From Bacteroidales bacterium (lineage in GTDB: Bacteria; Bacteroidota; Bacteroidia; Bacteroidales; UBA932): a stretch of 64,000 bases of DNA. Within the stretch, counting starts at the first letter, position 1, and every line of letters starts with the position of its first letter. The stretch spans positions 3,752 through 67,751 of the forward strand of contig JAFYME010000075.1 in assembly GCA_017556765.1 (NCBI GenBank), read 5' to 3'. Under the pieces are notes generated by a model. It was given only the letters and a program-made list of their open reading frames with translations, had not been told where the DNA came from and did not search any database. Below are positions 38,091 to 48,892 of the stretch, in pieces. The position numbers and the translations under genes are program-made.

Positions 38091-39014
38091 ATGGAAAAAA
38101 TCAAATGTCTTATCGTCGGAGGTGGCCCTGCGGGTTACACTGCCGCTGTCTACGCTTCAAGAGCAGATATCGCACCGGTTGTATATGAGGGACTCCAGCC
38201 AGGCGGCCAGCTTACGACTACTACAGATATAGAGAATTACCCTGGTTTTGAGAACGGCATCTCTGGCCAGCAGCTCGTGGATACAATGAGAGCTCAGGCT
38301 ATCCGCCTTGGCGCAGAGGTCAGAAACGGAGCGATCACTTCAGCAGATCTCTCTCAGAGACCATTCAAGATTGTCGTGGACGGTGACAAGGAAATCGAGG
38401 CGGAAACACTCATCATCGCAACAGGAGCTACTGCCAAGTACCTCGGTCTTGAGTCAGAGATCAAGTACAGAGGCCTCGGAGTATCGGCATGCGCTACATG
38501 CGACGGTTTCTTCTACAGGAAGAAGACTGTTGCAGTTGTAGGTGGTGGTGATACAGCCTGCGAGGAGGCTACATATCTTGCAGGTCTCTGCAAGAAGGTA
38601 TACATGATCGTTCGCAGGGATGTTCTCAGGGCTTCTGAGGCTATGCAGGAGCGTGTAAGGAATACAGAGAACATCGAGATCCTTTGGAACTGCAACACTC
38701 AGGAGGTGCTTGGAGATGAGTATGGTGTTACAGGTGCAAGACTTGTACGTAAGGATGGCGTGGTTTTTGATATAGCCATCGACGGATTTTTCCTTGCTAT
38801 CGGACATCATCCAAACTCTGATCTTTTCAAGGAGTGGATTGAGGTCGACAAGGAAGGTTACATCGTGACCGATGGAAAGACATCGAAGACTAATGTTCCT
38901 GGTGTATTTGCCGCAGGTGATGTGCAGGATCCTCTTTACAGACAGGCAATTACAGCTGCCGCATCAGGCTGCCGTGCTGCGCTTGACGCTGAGAAATTCC
39001 TGAAAATGCTTTAA
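38091..39014 (+). CDS. trxB: Thioredoxin-disulfide reductase
   Basis: GGGPAGYTAA, SACATCDG, GGGDTACEEA and FAAGDV motifs; TATATTTG at 38053-38060. Confidence 0.97.
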   Translation: MEKIKCLIVGGGPAGYTAAVYASRADIAPVVYEGLQPGGQLTTTTDIENYPGFENGISGQQLVDTMRAQAIRLGAEVRNGAITSADLSQRPFKIVVDGDKEIEAETLIIATGATAKYLGLESEIKYRGLGVSACATCDGFFYRKKTVAVVGGGDTACEEATYLAGLCKKVYMIVRRDVLRASEAMQERVRNTENIEILWNCNTQEVLGDEYGVTGARLVRKDGVVFDIAIDGFFLAIGHHPNSDLFKEWIEVDKEGYIVTDGKTSKTNVPGVFAAGDVQDPLYRQAITAAASGCRAALDAEKFLKML

Positions 39015-39028
39015 TGATTCAATAAAAG

Positions 39029-39919
39029 ATGAAGTTGAAAAACCTTATCATGGCTGCTTTGGCCATAGTCGCACTTTCCTCATGCAAGTCTCAGTATGAG
39101 CTGCTGATGAACAGCAACAATGTTGATGAGAAGTATGAGGCTGCCTTCAATTATTTCAATGAAGGTAAATATTCAAAGGCAGGTTCGCTTTTCGAATCGC
39201 TTTCTGTGCTTACAAACGGTACAGAGCGTGATGATACAGTCAGATTCTACTGGGGATTGAGCAATTACAAGTTCAGAGATTATTATACGGCAGAGACAAA
39301 TTTCGAGAACTTCCTCAACAGTTATCCTCGTAGTCCGTTTGCTTCTGAGGCACGCTATCTCAGACTCGACTGCCTGTATCGTTCGACCCTCAGGTATGAA
39401 CTCGATCAGGCTCCGACTTATAAGGCTATAACAGCTATTTCTGAATATATCATAGAAGATCCGACAACTCCTCATCTTCAGGTATGCCGCGATATGCTTC
39501 AGGAGCTTAATGACAGACTTGACAGGAAGGCATATGAGGGAGCGAAACTGTACTATAAGATGGAGGATTATCTTGCTTCGCGTGTGGCTTTGAGGAATGT
39601 CCTGAAGGATGATGCGGAGAACATTTACAGAGAGGATATCCTTTATTATATAGCGATGTCGTCATATAATTATGCATATAATAGTGTTCCGGCAAAGAAA
39701 AAGGAAAGATACCTGACATTTGTTGATGACTATCTTAACTTTATCGGTGAGATACCGGAGTCTCGTTACCGCAAGGAGCTTGACAATGCCTACAGAAAGG
39801 CTCAGAAGGCACTTGGCAAGGATGTGACTGTCGAGCACGAAGACATGACAGAGAAGGATTTCGCCAAGGAAAGAAGGAAACTTCTCAGAGAAGAAAGAAA
39901 AAACGCGAAAAAAAATTGA
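39029..39919 (+). CDS. bamD: Outer membrane assembly lipoprotein BamD
   Basis: Lipobox LSSC, TPR-like helices, YPRSP and LDQAPT; upstream of rpoZ. Confidence 0.88.
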   Translation: MKLKNLIMAALAIVALSSCKSQYELLMNSNNVDEKYEAAFNYFNEGKYSKAGSLFESLSVLTNGTERDDTVRFYWGLSNYKFRDYYTAETNFENFLNSYPRSPFASEARYLRLDCLYRSTLRYELDQAPTYKAITAISEYIIEDPTTPHLQVCRDMLQELNDRLDRKAYEGAKLYYKMEDYLASRVALRNVLKDDAENIYREDILYYIAMSSYNYAYNSVPAKKKERYLTFVDDYLNFIGEIPESRYRKELDNAYRKAQKALGKDVTVEHEDMTEKDFAKERRKLLREERKNAKKN

Positions 39920-40010
39920 AACCCTCGATGAAACCGACGGTATAATAAAATGGAGGGACTTCATTTTCAAGCCCTCGGTTCATAGGAAGGAATTAAGAAA
40001 ATCAATAAAG

Positions 40011-40331
40011 ATGGCTAACAAGAAAACACCTACAAACACTCTTACAAGAGACCTCAGCGACCTCGCTGCTCCAACTGGAAACATTTATGAGACAGTGGTA
40101 ATCCTCTCAAAGAGGGCAAACCAGATCGCTATCGCTGAAAAGAAGGAGCTTACAAGAAAGCTCGAGGATTTCAAGAGCGACCGCGACACAATGGAAGAGG
40201 TATTCGAGAACCGCGAGCAGATCGAGATCTCAAAATATTATGAGAAGCAGCCAAAGCCAAGCCTCGTAGCTATCGAGGAGTTCCAGGAAGGCGACGTCTT
40301 CTACAGAATGGCTAAGCAGGACGAGGAGTAG
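40011..40331 (+). CDS. rpoZ: RNA polymerase omega subunit (Bacteroidetes type)
   Basis: TGNIYETVVILSKRANQI and EVFENREQIEISKYYEKQPKP motifs. Confidence 0.9.
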   Translation: MANKKTPTNTLTRDLSDLAAPTGNIYETVVILSKRANQIAIAEKKELTRKLEDFKSDRDTMEEVFENREQIEISKYYEKQPKPSLVAIEEFQEGDVFYRMAKQDEE

Positions 40332-40334
40332 TCT

Positions 40335-42011
40335 ATGCTCAACAGGCTTCAGGTAAGGAATTACGTATTGATAGACTCTCTGGAGATTGATTTTCCGGAG
40401 GGTCTGATCATTATTACGGGCCAGACCGGAGCCGGAAAATCTATTCTGCTTGGTGCGCTTTCGCTTGTCATGGGAAGCAAGGCGGAGGCGTCCATGGTCT
40501 CGGAAGGAGCTGACAACTGTGTTGTCGAGGCTGAGTTCGAGACTGCCGACATGTCTTTGAAGACTGTGCTGGAAGAGAATGAGGTTGAATGGGAGGACGG
40601 ACATCTGATCGTCAGAAGAGTCGTGAACCGTTCAGGCCGTTCAAGGGCCTTCGTGAACGATTGTCCGGTACCTGTTACCGTACTTCAGGATATTTCCACA
40701 CGTCTTATTGACATCCATTCCCAGCACCAGACCCTTCTTCTTTCTGACAAGGCTTTCCAGCTGTCCATCCTGGACCATTACGCAGGAAATATGGAGCTGC
40801 GCGAAGAATGTGCCCGCCTGTGGCGTGAGCATGGCGCGTTGAAGCTGGAATTGGCGAAGCTTGATGAGCGTATCGCCCGTCTGGCAGGGGAGAGGGACTA
40901 TAATGAAGCTCAGTTCAGGCAGCTTGAAGCGGCGAATCTCAAGGAAGGAGAGCTTGCTGAGCTCGAAGAGGAGCAGAAGCAGCTTGCGAATGCAGAGGAG
41001 ATCAAGACAGGACTCTCCACAGTAGAGGAGCTGTTTACAGCAGCATCTTCAAATGGAGAAGCGCTTTCGCTTGACGCGTCGTTGAAAGAGGCGGACAAGA
41101 TACTGGCCAAAATAGGAAAGTATCTTCCTGCCGCTGCGGAACTTTCCGAAAGAGTGGATTCATGCCGAAGAGAGCTTGACGATATCCTTTCCGAAGTTTC
41201 GGATATGAATTCCCGCACAGATCTTTCTGAGTCTCGCTTGATGGAGGTCGAAGATCGCATGTCATTGATATACAGCCTTATGCAGAAGCATTCGTGCCGT
41301 GAAGAGGCTGAACTTATCGCTTTGCGTGACAGCCTTTCCGAGGCCCTATTCGATTCGACACAGCTGGAAGAAAAGAGGGAGGAACTTGCCGGACAGCTCT
41401 CAAAGATGATGACAGAGCTAGAGGATGTGGCGTCGCGTCTGAATGATGCCAGATGCAAGCATGCTGGGGAGTTCGCTGCGGCAATCCAGGAGTCGATCCG
41501 AGGACTGGAACTTCCATACGCTATATTCGAAGTGGAGATCGCAGAAGCTCCATTGTCAGCAACAGGCCGTGACTCGATCGTGTTCCGTTTTTCTTCTGCC
41601 GGTCGCAATGCCGTCGATGTCGCAAAATGTGCCTCTGGCGGTGAAATGTCCCGTATCATGCTGTCTCTCAAGGCTATGATGGCCCGTTATACAAACATGC
41701 CGACCATGATCTTCGACGAGATCGATACAGGAGTTTCCGGGAGCGTAGCAGACAGAATGGGCTCGATGATATGCGAGATGGGCTCTTTCATGCAGGTATT
41801 TGCGATCACGCATCTCCCTCAGGTGGCGGCCAAAGGCTCTGCCCACTATCTCGTTTCGAAAGAGATCGATCCGCAGACCTCCACAGCCGTTTCTACAATC
41901 ACAAGACTTACCGACGAGGAAAGAGTACTGGAGGTTGCGCGTATGCTCAGCGGCTCTGTTCTTACCGACGCGGCCATTGCAAATGCAAAATCGCTCCTTC
42001 AGCAGCGCTAA
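40335..42011 (+). CDS. recN: DNA repair protein RecN
   Basis: TGQTGAGKS Walker A, IHSQH, ASGGEMSR, IFDEIDTGVSG and ITHLPQVAA. Confidence 0.97.
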   Translation: MLNRLQVRNYVLIDSLEIDFPEGLIIITGQTGAGKSILLGALSLVMGSKAEASMVSEGADNCVVEAEFETADMSLKTVLEENEVEWEDGHLIVRRVVNRSGRSRAFVNDCPVPVTVLQDISTRLIDIHSQHQTLLLSDKAFQLSILDHYAGNMELREECARLWREHGALKLELAKLDERIARLAGERDYNEAQFRQLEAANLKEGELAELEEEQKQLANAEEIKTGLSTVEELFTAASSNGEALSLDASLKEADKILAKIGKYLPAAAELSERVDSCRRELDDILSEVSDMNSRTDLSESRLMEVEDRMSLIYSLMQKHSCREEAELIALRDSLSEALFDSTQLEEKREELAGQLSKMMTELEDVASRLNDARCKHAGEFAAAIQESIRGLELPYAIFEVEIAEAPLSATGRDSIVFRFSSAGRNAVDVAKCASGGEMSRIMLSLKAMMARYTNMPTMIFDEIDTGVSGSVADRMGSMICEMGSFMQVFAITHLPQVAAKGSAHYLVSKEIDPQTSTAVSTITRLTDEERVLEVARMLSGSVLTDAAIANAKSLLQQR

Positions 42012-42076
42012 TCCATTGCCATGCCGAAAAATATCTCTAAATTTACACTTTGCGCAAAAGCGCGAAGTGTTTTTGT

Positions 42077-45000
42077 ATGTACCATACCTTTCGAAAAATA
42101 TTTGCAGTACTGCTGCTGTCCGTTATGGCTATTGTCCATATGGCCGGACAGGGCAAGAACGTCGTGCTGAAGGGCAAGGTCATAGATTCCATGGATGGCT
42201 ATCCGCTCATCGGTGTATCTGTCATTGCGGCCGGTCAGGGAGCATATACAGACGTTGACGGAAATTACCAGATCAGCATTCCGGACGTAAAATGTGAAGT
42301 CACGTTCACATATGTCGGTTATGAAGACGAGGTGAAGGTGTATACGACCAAGAATGCGTCGGCCTTCTCGAAGATCGTCATGTACATGAACGCGACCGAG
42401 CTGGAAGATGTGGTCGTGACAGGAGTCTATGAAAGAAAGAAGGAGAGCTTTACAGGAGCATCGGCGACATTCAAGGCTGACCAGCTCAAGTCAGTTGGTA
42501 ACAACAACGTGCTTCAGAGCCTCAAGACCCTCGATCCGTCCTTCAAGATGATGGAGAGTACCCAGTTCGGATCCAATCCGAACATGATGCCGGATATAGA
42601 GATCCGAGGAAAGACCAGCGTCATGGGCCTCAAGGAGGAATACGGGACCGATCCGAACCAGCCTCTGTTCATTCTCGACGGCTTTGAGACTACTCTCGAG
42701 ACGATAATGAACCTGAACATGAACCGTGTGGCTTCGGTGACCATCCTTAAGGATGCGGCGTCGACTGCAATATATGGTTCCAAGGCATCGAACGGAGTCG
42801 TGGTCATAGAGACAAAGGCTCCTGCAAGAGGACGTCTGCAGCTTTCGTATAAAGGCGATTTCGGCCTTTCTCTGGCGGATCTGTCAGACTATAACCTCAT
42901 GAATGCCCGCGAGAAGCTTCAGTTCGAGACCCTTGCAGGCGTATATAAAGACAACTCGGGCAATCCGTTCAACCAGATCCGTCTTGACAACCTCAGGAAT
43001 GAGAGACTCAAGGAGATAGAGAGGGGAGTGGATACCTATTGGCTCAGCGAGCCGATCCGTCCGGGATTCACCCACAAGCATAACATCTATGCAGAAGGCG
43101 GAGAGGACAAGATCAGATATGGTATCGGCCTCAGCTACGGAGATGTGGACGGAGTGATGAAAGGTTCTGACCGTCAGACGATTGAAGGTAATGTTGACCT
43201 TATATACCGTACAGGAAAGTTCCAGTTCAGCAACAAACTTACCATCGATTATGTGAAGACAGCTGACCCGACTGTTTCCTTTGCAGAATATGCATATGCA
43301 AATCCATACTACAGAAAATATGGAGCGGACGGAAAGGTCAGCAGATATCTGTATTATCCGGAAGAGGGACTTGAAGATTTCCCAGTCTCGAATCCTTTGT
43401 GGAACGCCAGCCTGAACAGCTGGGCCAGGACAGGCAGCTTCGGATTTACGAACAACTTCATCCTCGAATGGTTCATGACCGATGCATTGAGGGCCAGGGC
43501 CAAGTTCGGACTTACGCGTGCCGACGATGACGAACAGTCCAGGATTTCACCTCTGCATACCCGTTTCGATGATATGGGAGAGACGGAAAAAGGCTTGTAT
43601 ACCAATACCCGCGTGAATCAGATGGTCTATGAAGGCGATGCTTCGATTACATTCGGAAAGCTTTTCGCGGATAAGCACATGGTCAATGCGGTCGGAGGAT
43701 TCAACTTCAGCAGCAACCGCCAGCAGATATACGGATATTCAGCAAACGGATTTACAGACGACCAGTTCGATGCCCCTTCTTTTGCAAACGGCTATCCTGT
43801 CAGTGAGAAGCCGGAATACAAGGAGAGCCTGAAGAGGGCCGTGAGCTTCTATGTGAACGGCGGATATGTGTATGACGACCGTTACCTGATGGATTTCAAC
43901 TACCGTCTTGACGGAGCTTCGATGTTCGGTACAGGAAACCGCTTCAGAAACACATGGTCTGTGGGAGCGGGATGGAACATCCATAAAGAAAGTTTCATGG
44001 AGGGCAATGATTTCTTCAGCTTCATGAAGCTCAGAGGCTCGGTCGGAAATCCGGGAAACCAGAATTTCTCCGCTTACCAGGCATTCTCTACATACAAGTT
44101 CAACGGATGGATGACGAATATCTTCGGTACTGGAGTGATACTCAATGCATTGGGTAATACGGAGCTTGCATGGCAGGAGACCGTGAACTATGACCTTGGA
44201 GCCGACCTCACTTTCTGGGGAGAGAGGATAAACCTTACGTTTGACTATTACTGGAAGGATACCGATCCGCTTCTGGCTGTGATCACGACTCCGGGATCCA
44301 TGGGCGTCACAAGCATAGCCATGAATGCCGGAAGACAGAAGACTCAGGGATGGGAGACCACATTCCGCATTTCTCCGATATACAGGCCTTCGGAAGGCAT
44401 AAACTGGAACATAAGTTTCAATGCCACAAGCTCGAAGTCGCGTTATGCGGATATCGGAAACTCATTCAGCGCCCTGAACGAAAGCGGAAAGACATCCCTT
44501 GTCGGAACGACCAGATATTACGACGGAGGAAGCCCTACAGCCATCTGGGCGGTACGTTCGGCCGGAATCGACCCTGCAACAGGACAGGAGCTTTTCATCA
44601 AGAAGGACGGTACATATTCGTTTACATACGACGTGAATGACGAGGTCGTGGTAGGTGATATGCAGCCTAAGGTGGAAGGACTTTTCGGAACATCCCTTTA
44701 CCTGAAGGGCTTCACGGCGGGATGTTACATCCGATATCGCTGGGGAGGTCAGGTCTTCAATACGTCACTTTTCCAGAAGGTCGAAAACATAGGAACAGAG
44801 GACGTATACAACAACCAGGACAAGAGAGCCTTGTACGACAGATGGTCGGAGGATAACAGGGAGGCATATTTCAAGGGAATCTCCATGGTGCAGAAGACAG
44901 AGAAGTCCTCACGTTTCGTGATGGATGACAATGCCCTTATAGGAGAATCCTTCAACATCGGATATGAATTCCCTGACAGGATGATCCGTCGCATGAGGAT

Positions 45001-45124
45001 CTCGGCCCTGAATGTACAGCTGACCATGACCGATATGTTCAGAGCGACTTCAGTCAGGGTTGAGAGAGGTATAGACTATCCGTTCGCTCGCAGCGTAACG
45101 ATGGCGGTAGGCATAACATTCTAA
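42077..45124 (+). CDS. SusC/RagA family TonB-dependent outer membrane transporter
   Basis: N-terminal carboxypeptidase-like domain, LEDVVVTG, PLFILDG, ILKDAASTAIYGSKASNGVVVIETK and C-terminal Phe. Confidence 0.95.
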   Translation: MYHTFRKIFAVLLLSVMAIVHMAGQGKNVVLKGKVIDSMDGYPLIGVSVIAAGQGAYTDVDGNYQISIPDVKCEVTFTYVGYEDEVKVYTTKNASAFSKIVMYMNATELEDVVVTGVYERKKESFTGASATFKADQLKSVGNNNVLQSLKTLDPSFKMMESTQFGSNPNMMPDIEIRGKTSVMGLKEEYGTDPNQPLFILDGFETTLETIMNLNMNRVASVTILKDAASTAIYGSKASNGVVVIETKAPARGRLQLSYKGDFGLSLADLSDYNLMNAREKLQFETLAGVYKDNSGNPFNQIRLDNLRNERLKEIERGVDTYWLSEPIRPGFTHKHNIYAEGGEDKIRYGIGLSYGDVDGVMKGSDRQTIEGNVDLIYRTGKFQFSNKLTIDYVKTADPTVSFAEYAYANPYYRKYGADGKVSRYLYYPEEGLEDFPVSNPLWNASLNSWARTGSFGFTNNFILEWFMTDALRARAKFGLTRADDDEQSRISPLHTRFDDMGETEKGLYTNTRVNQMVYEGDASITFGKLFADKHMVNAVGGFNFSSNRQQIYGYSANGFTDDQFDAPSFANGYPVSEKPEYKESLKRAVSFYVNGGYVYDDRYLMDFNYRLDGASMFGTGNRFRNTWSVGAGWNIHKESFMEGNDFFSFMKLRGSVGNPGNQNFSAYQAFSTYKFNGWMTNIFGTGVILNALGNTELAWQETVNYDLGADLTFWGERINLTFDYYWKDTDPLLAVITTPGSMGVTSIAMNAGRQKTQGWETTFRISPIYRPSEGINWNISFNATSSKSRYADIGNSFSALNESGKTSLVGTTRYYDGGSPTAIWAVRSAGIDPATGQELFIKKDGTYSFTYDVNDEVVVGDMQPKVEGLFGTSLYLKGFTAGCYIRYRWGGQVFNTSLFQKVENIGTEDVYNNQDKRALYDRWSEDNREAYFKGISMVQKTEKSSRFVMDDNALIGESFNIGYEFPDRMIRRMRISALNVQLTMTDMFRATSVRVERGIDYPFARSVTMAVGITF

Positions 45125-45137
45125 AAATGAGGAGACT

Positions 45138-46580
45138 ATGAAGAGAATTTTTACATACATGATCGTGCTCGCAGGTCTTCTCGCTGCCGGAGGATGCAGC
45201 AAGTGGCTGGATGTTAAGCCATACGACAAGATCGCCGAGGACGAGCTTCTGCTGACAGAAGAGGGATACATGAAGCTTCTGAACGGCATATACATAGAGC
45301 TGAATAGGGATATGCTTTACGGAGCGTCGCTTTCAGTCGAGATGATCGAGATAATGGGTGGCGCCTATACGGTCGGTACGGACAATTCCGTATGGGGAAA
45401 CTATCGTGATCTCGCTGAGTATCAGTATGGTACGCAGTATTGGAGGGCAAGGATGAACGAGACGTGGAATAAGGCATATTCGCTGATCCTGAACTGCAAC
45501 ATGCTCCTTGAGAACATAGAGTCTGACAGGAAGCTCTTTACCGAAGATAACTACAGAATGGTCAAAGGTGAGGCGCTTGCGTTGAGGGCCATGCTGCATT
45601 TTGACATGCTCCGTCTTTTCGGACCTGTATATTCGCGCAATCCGCAGCAGAAGTCGATCCCATACTACAAGGCATATTCGGTGACTCCGAACGATGTGCT
45701 TCCGGCTTCGGAGGTCGCTTCTGAGATCACCCATGACCTTCTGGAGGCCCGTATCCTGCTTGCAAATGACCCTGTAAGAGAGGAGGGAACCATGATGGAA
45801 TCTCCTTCCGACGGATCTTCGAACTTCCTCAGATACAGGAGCTTGAGGCTTAATTATTATGCAGTGTCTGCCCTTCTGGCCCGTTCGGCATTGTATTTTG
45901 GGGATAAGGAAGCCGCATATGAGTATGCTATGGAAGTCATCAAGTCGGGAGCATTCCCGTTTGTGGACAGGGCTCTGGTCACAGGCTCTCCAGACGATCC
46001 TGACAGGATCTTCTCTTCGGAGGTGATCTTCGCTCTCTCACATTCCCAGAGAAACACACTTTTCAAGAACTATTACGATCCGAGTAGGATCCCGAACTAT
46101 GTGTTCAGGATGGATAATGACCTGATGAGCAATGTGGTCTTTGGCGGAGGTGCGGCCACAGGAGGTAATCAGGACGATTACAGGTATCGTGTGAACTGGG
46201 TAGCTACAGGCGCCAACAGGTATTTCTACAAATACTCGGACATGAATGATACCGGAAACATCAGGAATACGATGATCCCTATGATAAGATTGGGCGAGAT
46301 GTATCTGATCGCTGCGGAATGCCAGTCGGAGGATATTGCTGGAGGAACAGCATATGTAAATGCGCTCCGCTCCAACAGAGGCGTCACCAATGTCCCTGAG
46401 CTTACAAAGGAGATCCTGCAGTACGAATACATAAGGGAACTTTATGGTGAAGGCCAGCTCTTCTTCATGTACAAGAGGATGTTTACGCCTGTAATGTTCT
46501 CGTCACAGCCGTCTAAGAACCCACAGCCGGACGAAAGGATATTCGTCGTTCCGCTTCCGGACAGTGAAACAGAAAACTGA
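45138..46580 (+). CDS. SusD/RagB family lipoprotein
   Basis: Lipobox GGC-SKWLDVKP, GEALALRAMLHFDMLRLFGP, IRLGEMYLIAAE and ELYGEGQ. Confidence 0.94.
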   Translation: MKRIFTYMIVLAGLLAAGGCSKWLDVKPYDKIAEDELLLTEEGYMKLLNGIYIELNRDMLYGASLSVEMIEIMGGAYTVGTDNSVWGNYRDLAEYQYGTQYWRARMNETWNKAYSLILNCNMLLENIESDRKLFTEDNYRMVKGEALALRAMLHFDMLRLFGPVYSRNPQQKSIPYYKAYSVTPNDVLPASEVASEITHDLLEARILLANDPVREEGTMMESPSDGSSNFLRYRSLRLNYYAVSALLARSALYFGDKEAAYEYAMEVIKSGAFPFVDRALVTGSPDDPDRIFSSEVIFALSHSQRNTLFKNYYDPSRIPNYVFRMDNDLMSNVVFGGGAATGGNQDDYRYRVNWVATGANRYFYKYSDMNDTGNIRNTMIPMIRLGEMYLIAAECQSEDIAGGTAYVNALRSNRGVTNVPELTKEILQYEYIRELYGEGQLFFMYKRMFTPVMFSSQPSKNPQPDERIFVVPLPDSETEN

Positions 46581-46581
46581 T

Positions 46582-47337
46582 ATGAAACTGAGACAGATTA
46601 TAATAGCGATTACCGGACTTCTCCTCTGCATAGGATGCGAGGAGAGGAATCCTGCTTTGTTCGAGGACATGTCAGGAGTCTATTTTAACAACCGTTCGGC
46701 TACGATGAGGGTTGTGGACAGTCTGGACATCACCTTTGTATATGAGAAGGAAGATTACGTCGACGTGCCGGTCAAGATTCAGCTTCTGGGAAGGCCGGAG
46801 CAGTACGACCGTCCCGTGTCTGTGTCTGTTCATTCGGATAATGCATCTCAAGGAGTCGATTTCACCCTTCCTCAGGAGCCTGTGATGCCTGCCGGAGCCT
46901 CCGAAGCAGATTATGTCGTAAGACTCCTGCGTACGGATGCCTTGAAGTCGGAGAGAAAGAGTGTTTCATTAGCAATACATGCCAACGAGCATTTCGAACT
47001 GCCTGTCACTGAGATGGTTCAGATCGGTGATACTGTCTCTGTTCTTGCCTTCGATATCTTCTTTTCGGATATGTTTACCAAGGCTCCTGCCGCATGGGAC
47101 GAGAATCTGATAGGAAAGTTCACGCAGCAGAAGTTCGAGCTGATATGTGACGTGCTGGATATGGATCCTGCAGATTTCAATGATGCTTCGGTCATCACGC
47201 TTGCAAAGCTGCTTTACATATCTTCGGAGATGACATCATATGTTAAGGGAGAAGCTGAAAAGAAGGCTGCCGGACTCCCGTATGATGAGAATGCATTTGA
47301 TCCTCAGACCGGCCTGCCGCTTGAATTTGGAAGATGA
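46582..47337 (+). CDS. DUF4843-like lipoprotein
   Basis: Lipobox IGC; VPVKIQLLG...DR, LLRT and FSDMFTKAPAAW patterns; directly after susD. Confidence 0.7.
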   Translation: MKLRQIIIAITGLLLCIGCEERNPALFEDMSGVYFNNRSATMRVVDSLDITFVYEKEDYVDVPVKIQLLGRPEQYDRPVSVSVHSDNASQGVDFTLPQEPVMPAGASEADYVVRLLRTDALKSERKSVSLAIHANEHFELPVTEMVQIGDTVSVLAFDIFFSDMFTKAPAAWDENLIGKFTQQKFELICDVLDMDPADFNDASVITLAKLLYISSEMTSYVKGEAEKKAAGLPYDENAFDPQTGLPLEFGR

Positions 47338-48890
47338 TGACTTTCTGGAAATATATATTCTGCATAGCTTCTGTCGTGCTCCTGACGCTTTCCTGCGCTC
47401 AGGATGAGGGCAATTATGTATATCGTGAGCTTGATGAGCCTGTGATTACAGGTCTTGCTGATGCTCAGGTGCTGACTTTCGAGCGTCTTCGCATAGAACC
47501 CGACCTGGGTGATGTTGCGGAAGGGGATTATGTATACGAATGGAAGGCTGTCGATAACAATGGAACGAATGAGGTTACGGTCATAGGTGCAGACAGGATT
47601 CTTGACTGTGAAGTGACACTGGCTCCAGGTTCATATGTACTGTACTTCACGGCGACTGATCCTCAGACCGGAATGTATTGGCAGGAAAGTGTGAATCTTA
47701 CCGTAAGTTCTTCAATGTCAGATGGATGGATGGTGCTTTGCTCGGATCAGGGGAGAGCACGTCTGGACATCGTTTCGCTGGTGACAGGGGAGACGTACAG
47801 GGATGTGCTGAAGGACAACGGAATGCCTGAATACAATGGCCCGCGCAGGATTCAGTGGCTTTCGGAAAAGACGGATGAGGCGTCTCCGTATTATCTCCTG
47901 ACGGACGATGGAGCTACACGTCTCGGCAAGGATGATTTCAGCTGGAAGCCAGAATATGATTTCCAATATGAAGTGGCTTCTCCGGACAAGCTTACGCCTT
48001 ATTCTATTGTTTCTTCCAGCTTCGGAAAGGTCGTTGTGAGCGGTACGAAGGTATATTATTGCGAGATCATGGGATTCGACGGCCTGTATGGAAGTGCAGT
48101 GAACAAGTCCTTCCCGGTATCTCCATATGTCGGTGCAAATGTACTTGCGACTCAGGTATATGCGGCTGTTCATCTGCTTTATGATACGGAAAAGGGACGG
48201 TTCATGGCATACTGTCCTCTGCTTTCTTCCAATGATCTGGGAGGGCTCGATCCCCTTGTCGATATGGATGAGTTCGCGAGGATAGCCGACGGTATGGCTC
48301 CGGGAGCCGGTGTCGTAGGCAGCTCGTTCGATTCGTGGCCGGAGGGAATGGATCTGGTATACATGGAGAACTCCCGCTATGATCCGGGCAACGGAAAGAT
48401 GGGAATGACATATGCTTTGCTTGCAGACGGAAACAAGAGGTACCTGTATGGAATCCAGCTGGGAGACATCCTCAGATATGCAGACTGTACATATGTGCTC
48501 GGCAAGGGATATTATGGCGATCTGAGCGGTTGCAAGGATATTCAGAAAGAAGGTAACCTGTTTGCTTTCAGCTCGTTGAAGAACTATATGTATTATTCGA
48601 CAGGAAACTCTGTATATCGTGTCGATCTGTCGCAGAGTCCTGTTGAGGCGGAACTCCAGTTCTCGCTTCCTGGCGAGAAGATCACATGCATGAAGTTCAA
48701 CCTTTATCAGAAGGCGGAGAATATTCAGAAGAGTTACGATCTTGTGGTCGGCAGCGTGAAGGATGGCTCGGGAGTGCTCAGAATATATGAGGGAAGAGAG
48801 TCTGACGGAGATTTCAGCAAGGTAGAGCCCGTGGTTTATGACGGTTTCAAGGAAATTGTCGATGTTGAATATAAGGAAAGAATATATTGA
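47334..48890 (+). CDS. PKD-like family lipoprotein
   Basis: Lipobox LSC-AQDEGNYVY, YVYEW and GWMVL motifs. Confidence 0.75.
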   Translation: MMTFWKYIFCIASVVLLTLSCAQDEGNYVYRELDEPVITGLADAQVLTFERLRIEPDLGDVAEGDYVYEWKAVDNNGTNEVTVIGADRILDCEVTLAPGSYVLYFTATDPQTGMYWQESVNLTVSSSMSDGWMVLCSDQGRARLDIVSLVTGETYRDVLKDNGMPEYNGPRRIQWLSEKTDEASPYYLLTDDGATRLGKDDFSWKPEYDFQYEVASPDKLTPYSIVSSSFGKVVVSGTKVYYCEIMGFDGLYGSAVNKSFPVSPYVGANVLATQVYAAVHLLYDTEKGRFMAYCPLLSSNDLGGLDPLVDMDEFARIADGMAPGAGVVGSSFDSWPEGMDLVYMENSRYDPGNGKMGMTYALLADGNKRYLYGIQLGDILRYADCTYVLGKGYYGDLSGCKDIQKEGNLFAFSSLKNYMYYSTGNSVYRVDLSQSPVEAELQFSLPGEKITCMKFNLYQKAENIQKSYDLVVGSVKDGSGVLRIYEGRESDGDFSKVEPVVYDGFKEIVDVEYKERIY

Positions 48891-48892
48891 TT

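Noticed and set aside
39916-39946. TTGAAA-N19-TATAAT and a TGAAACC direct repeat upstream of rpoZ
   Set aside because: An E. coli-type consensus is not the Bacteroidetes primary promoter and the spacing is off; too weak to call.
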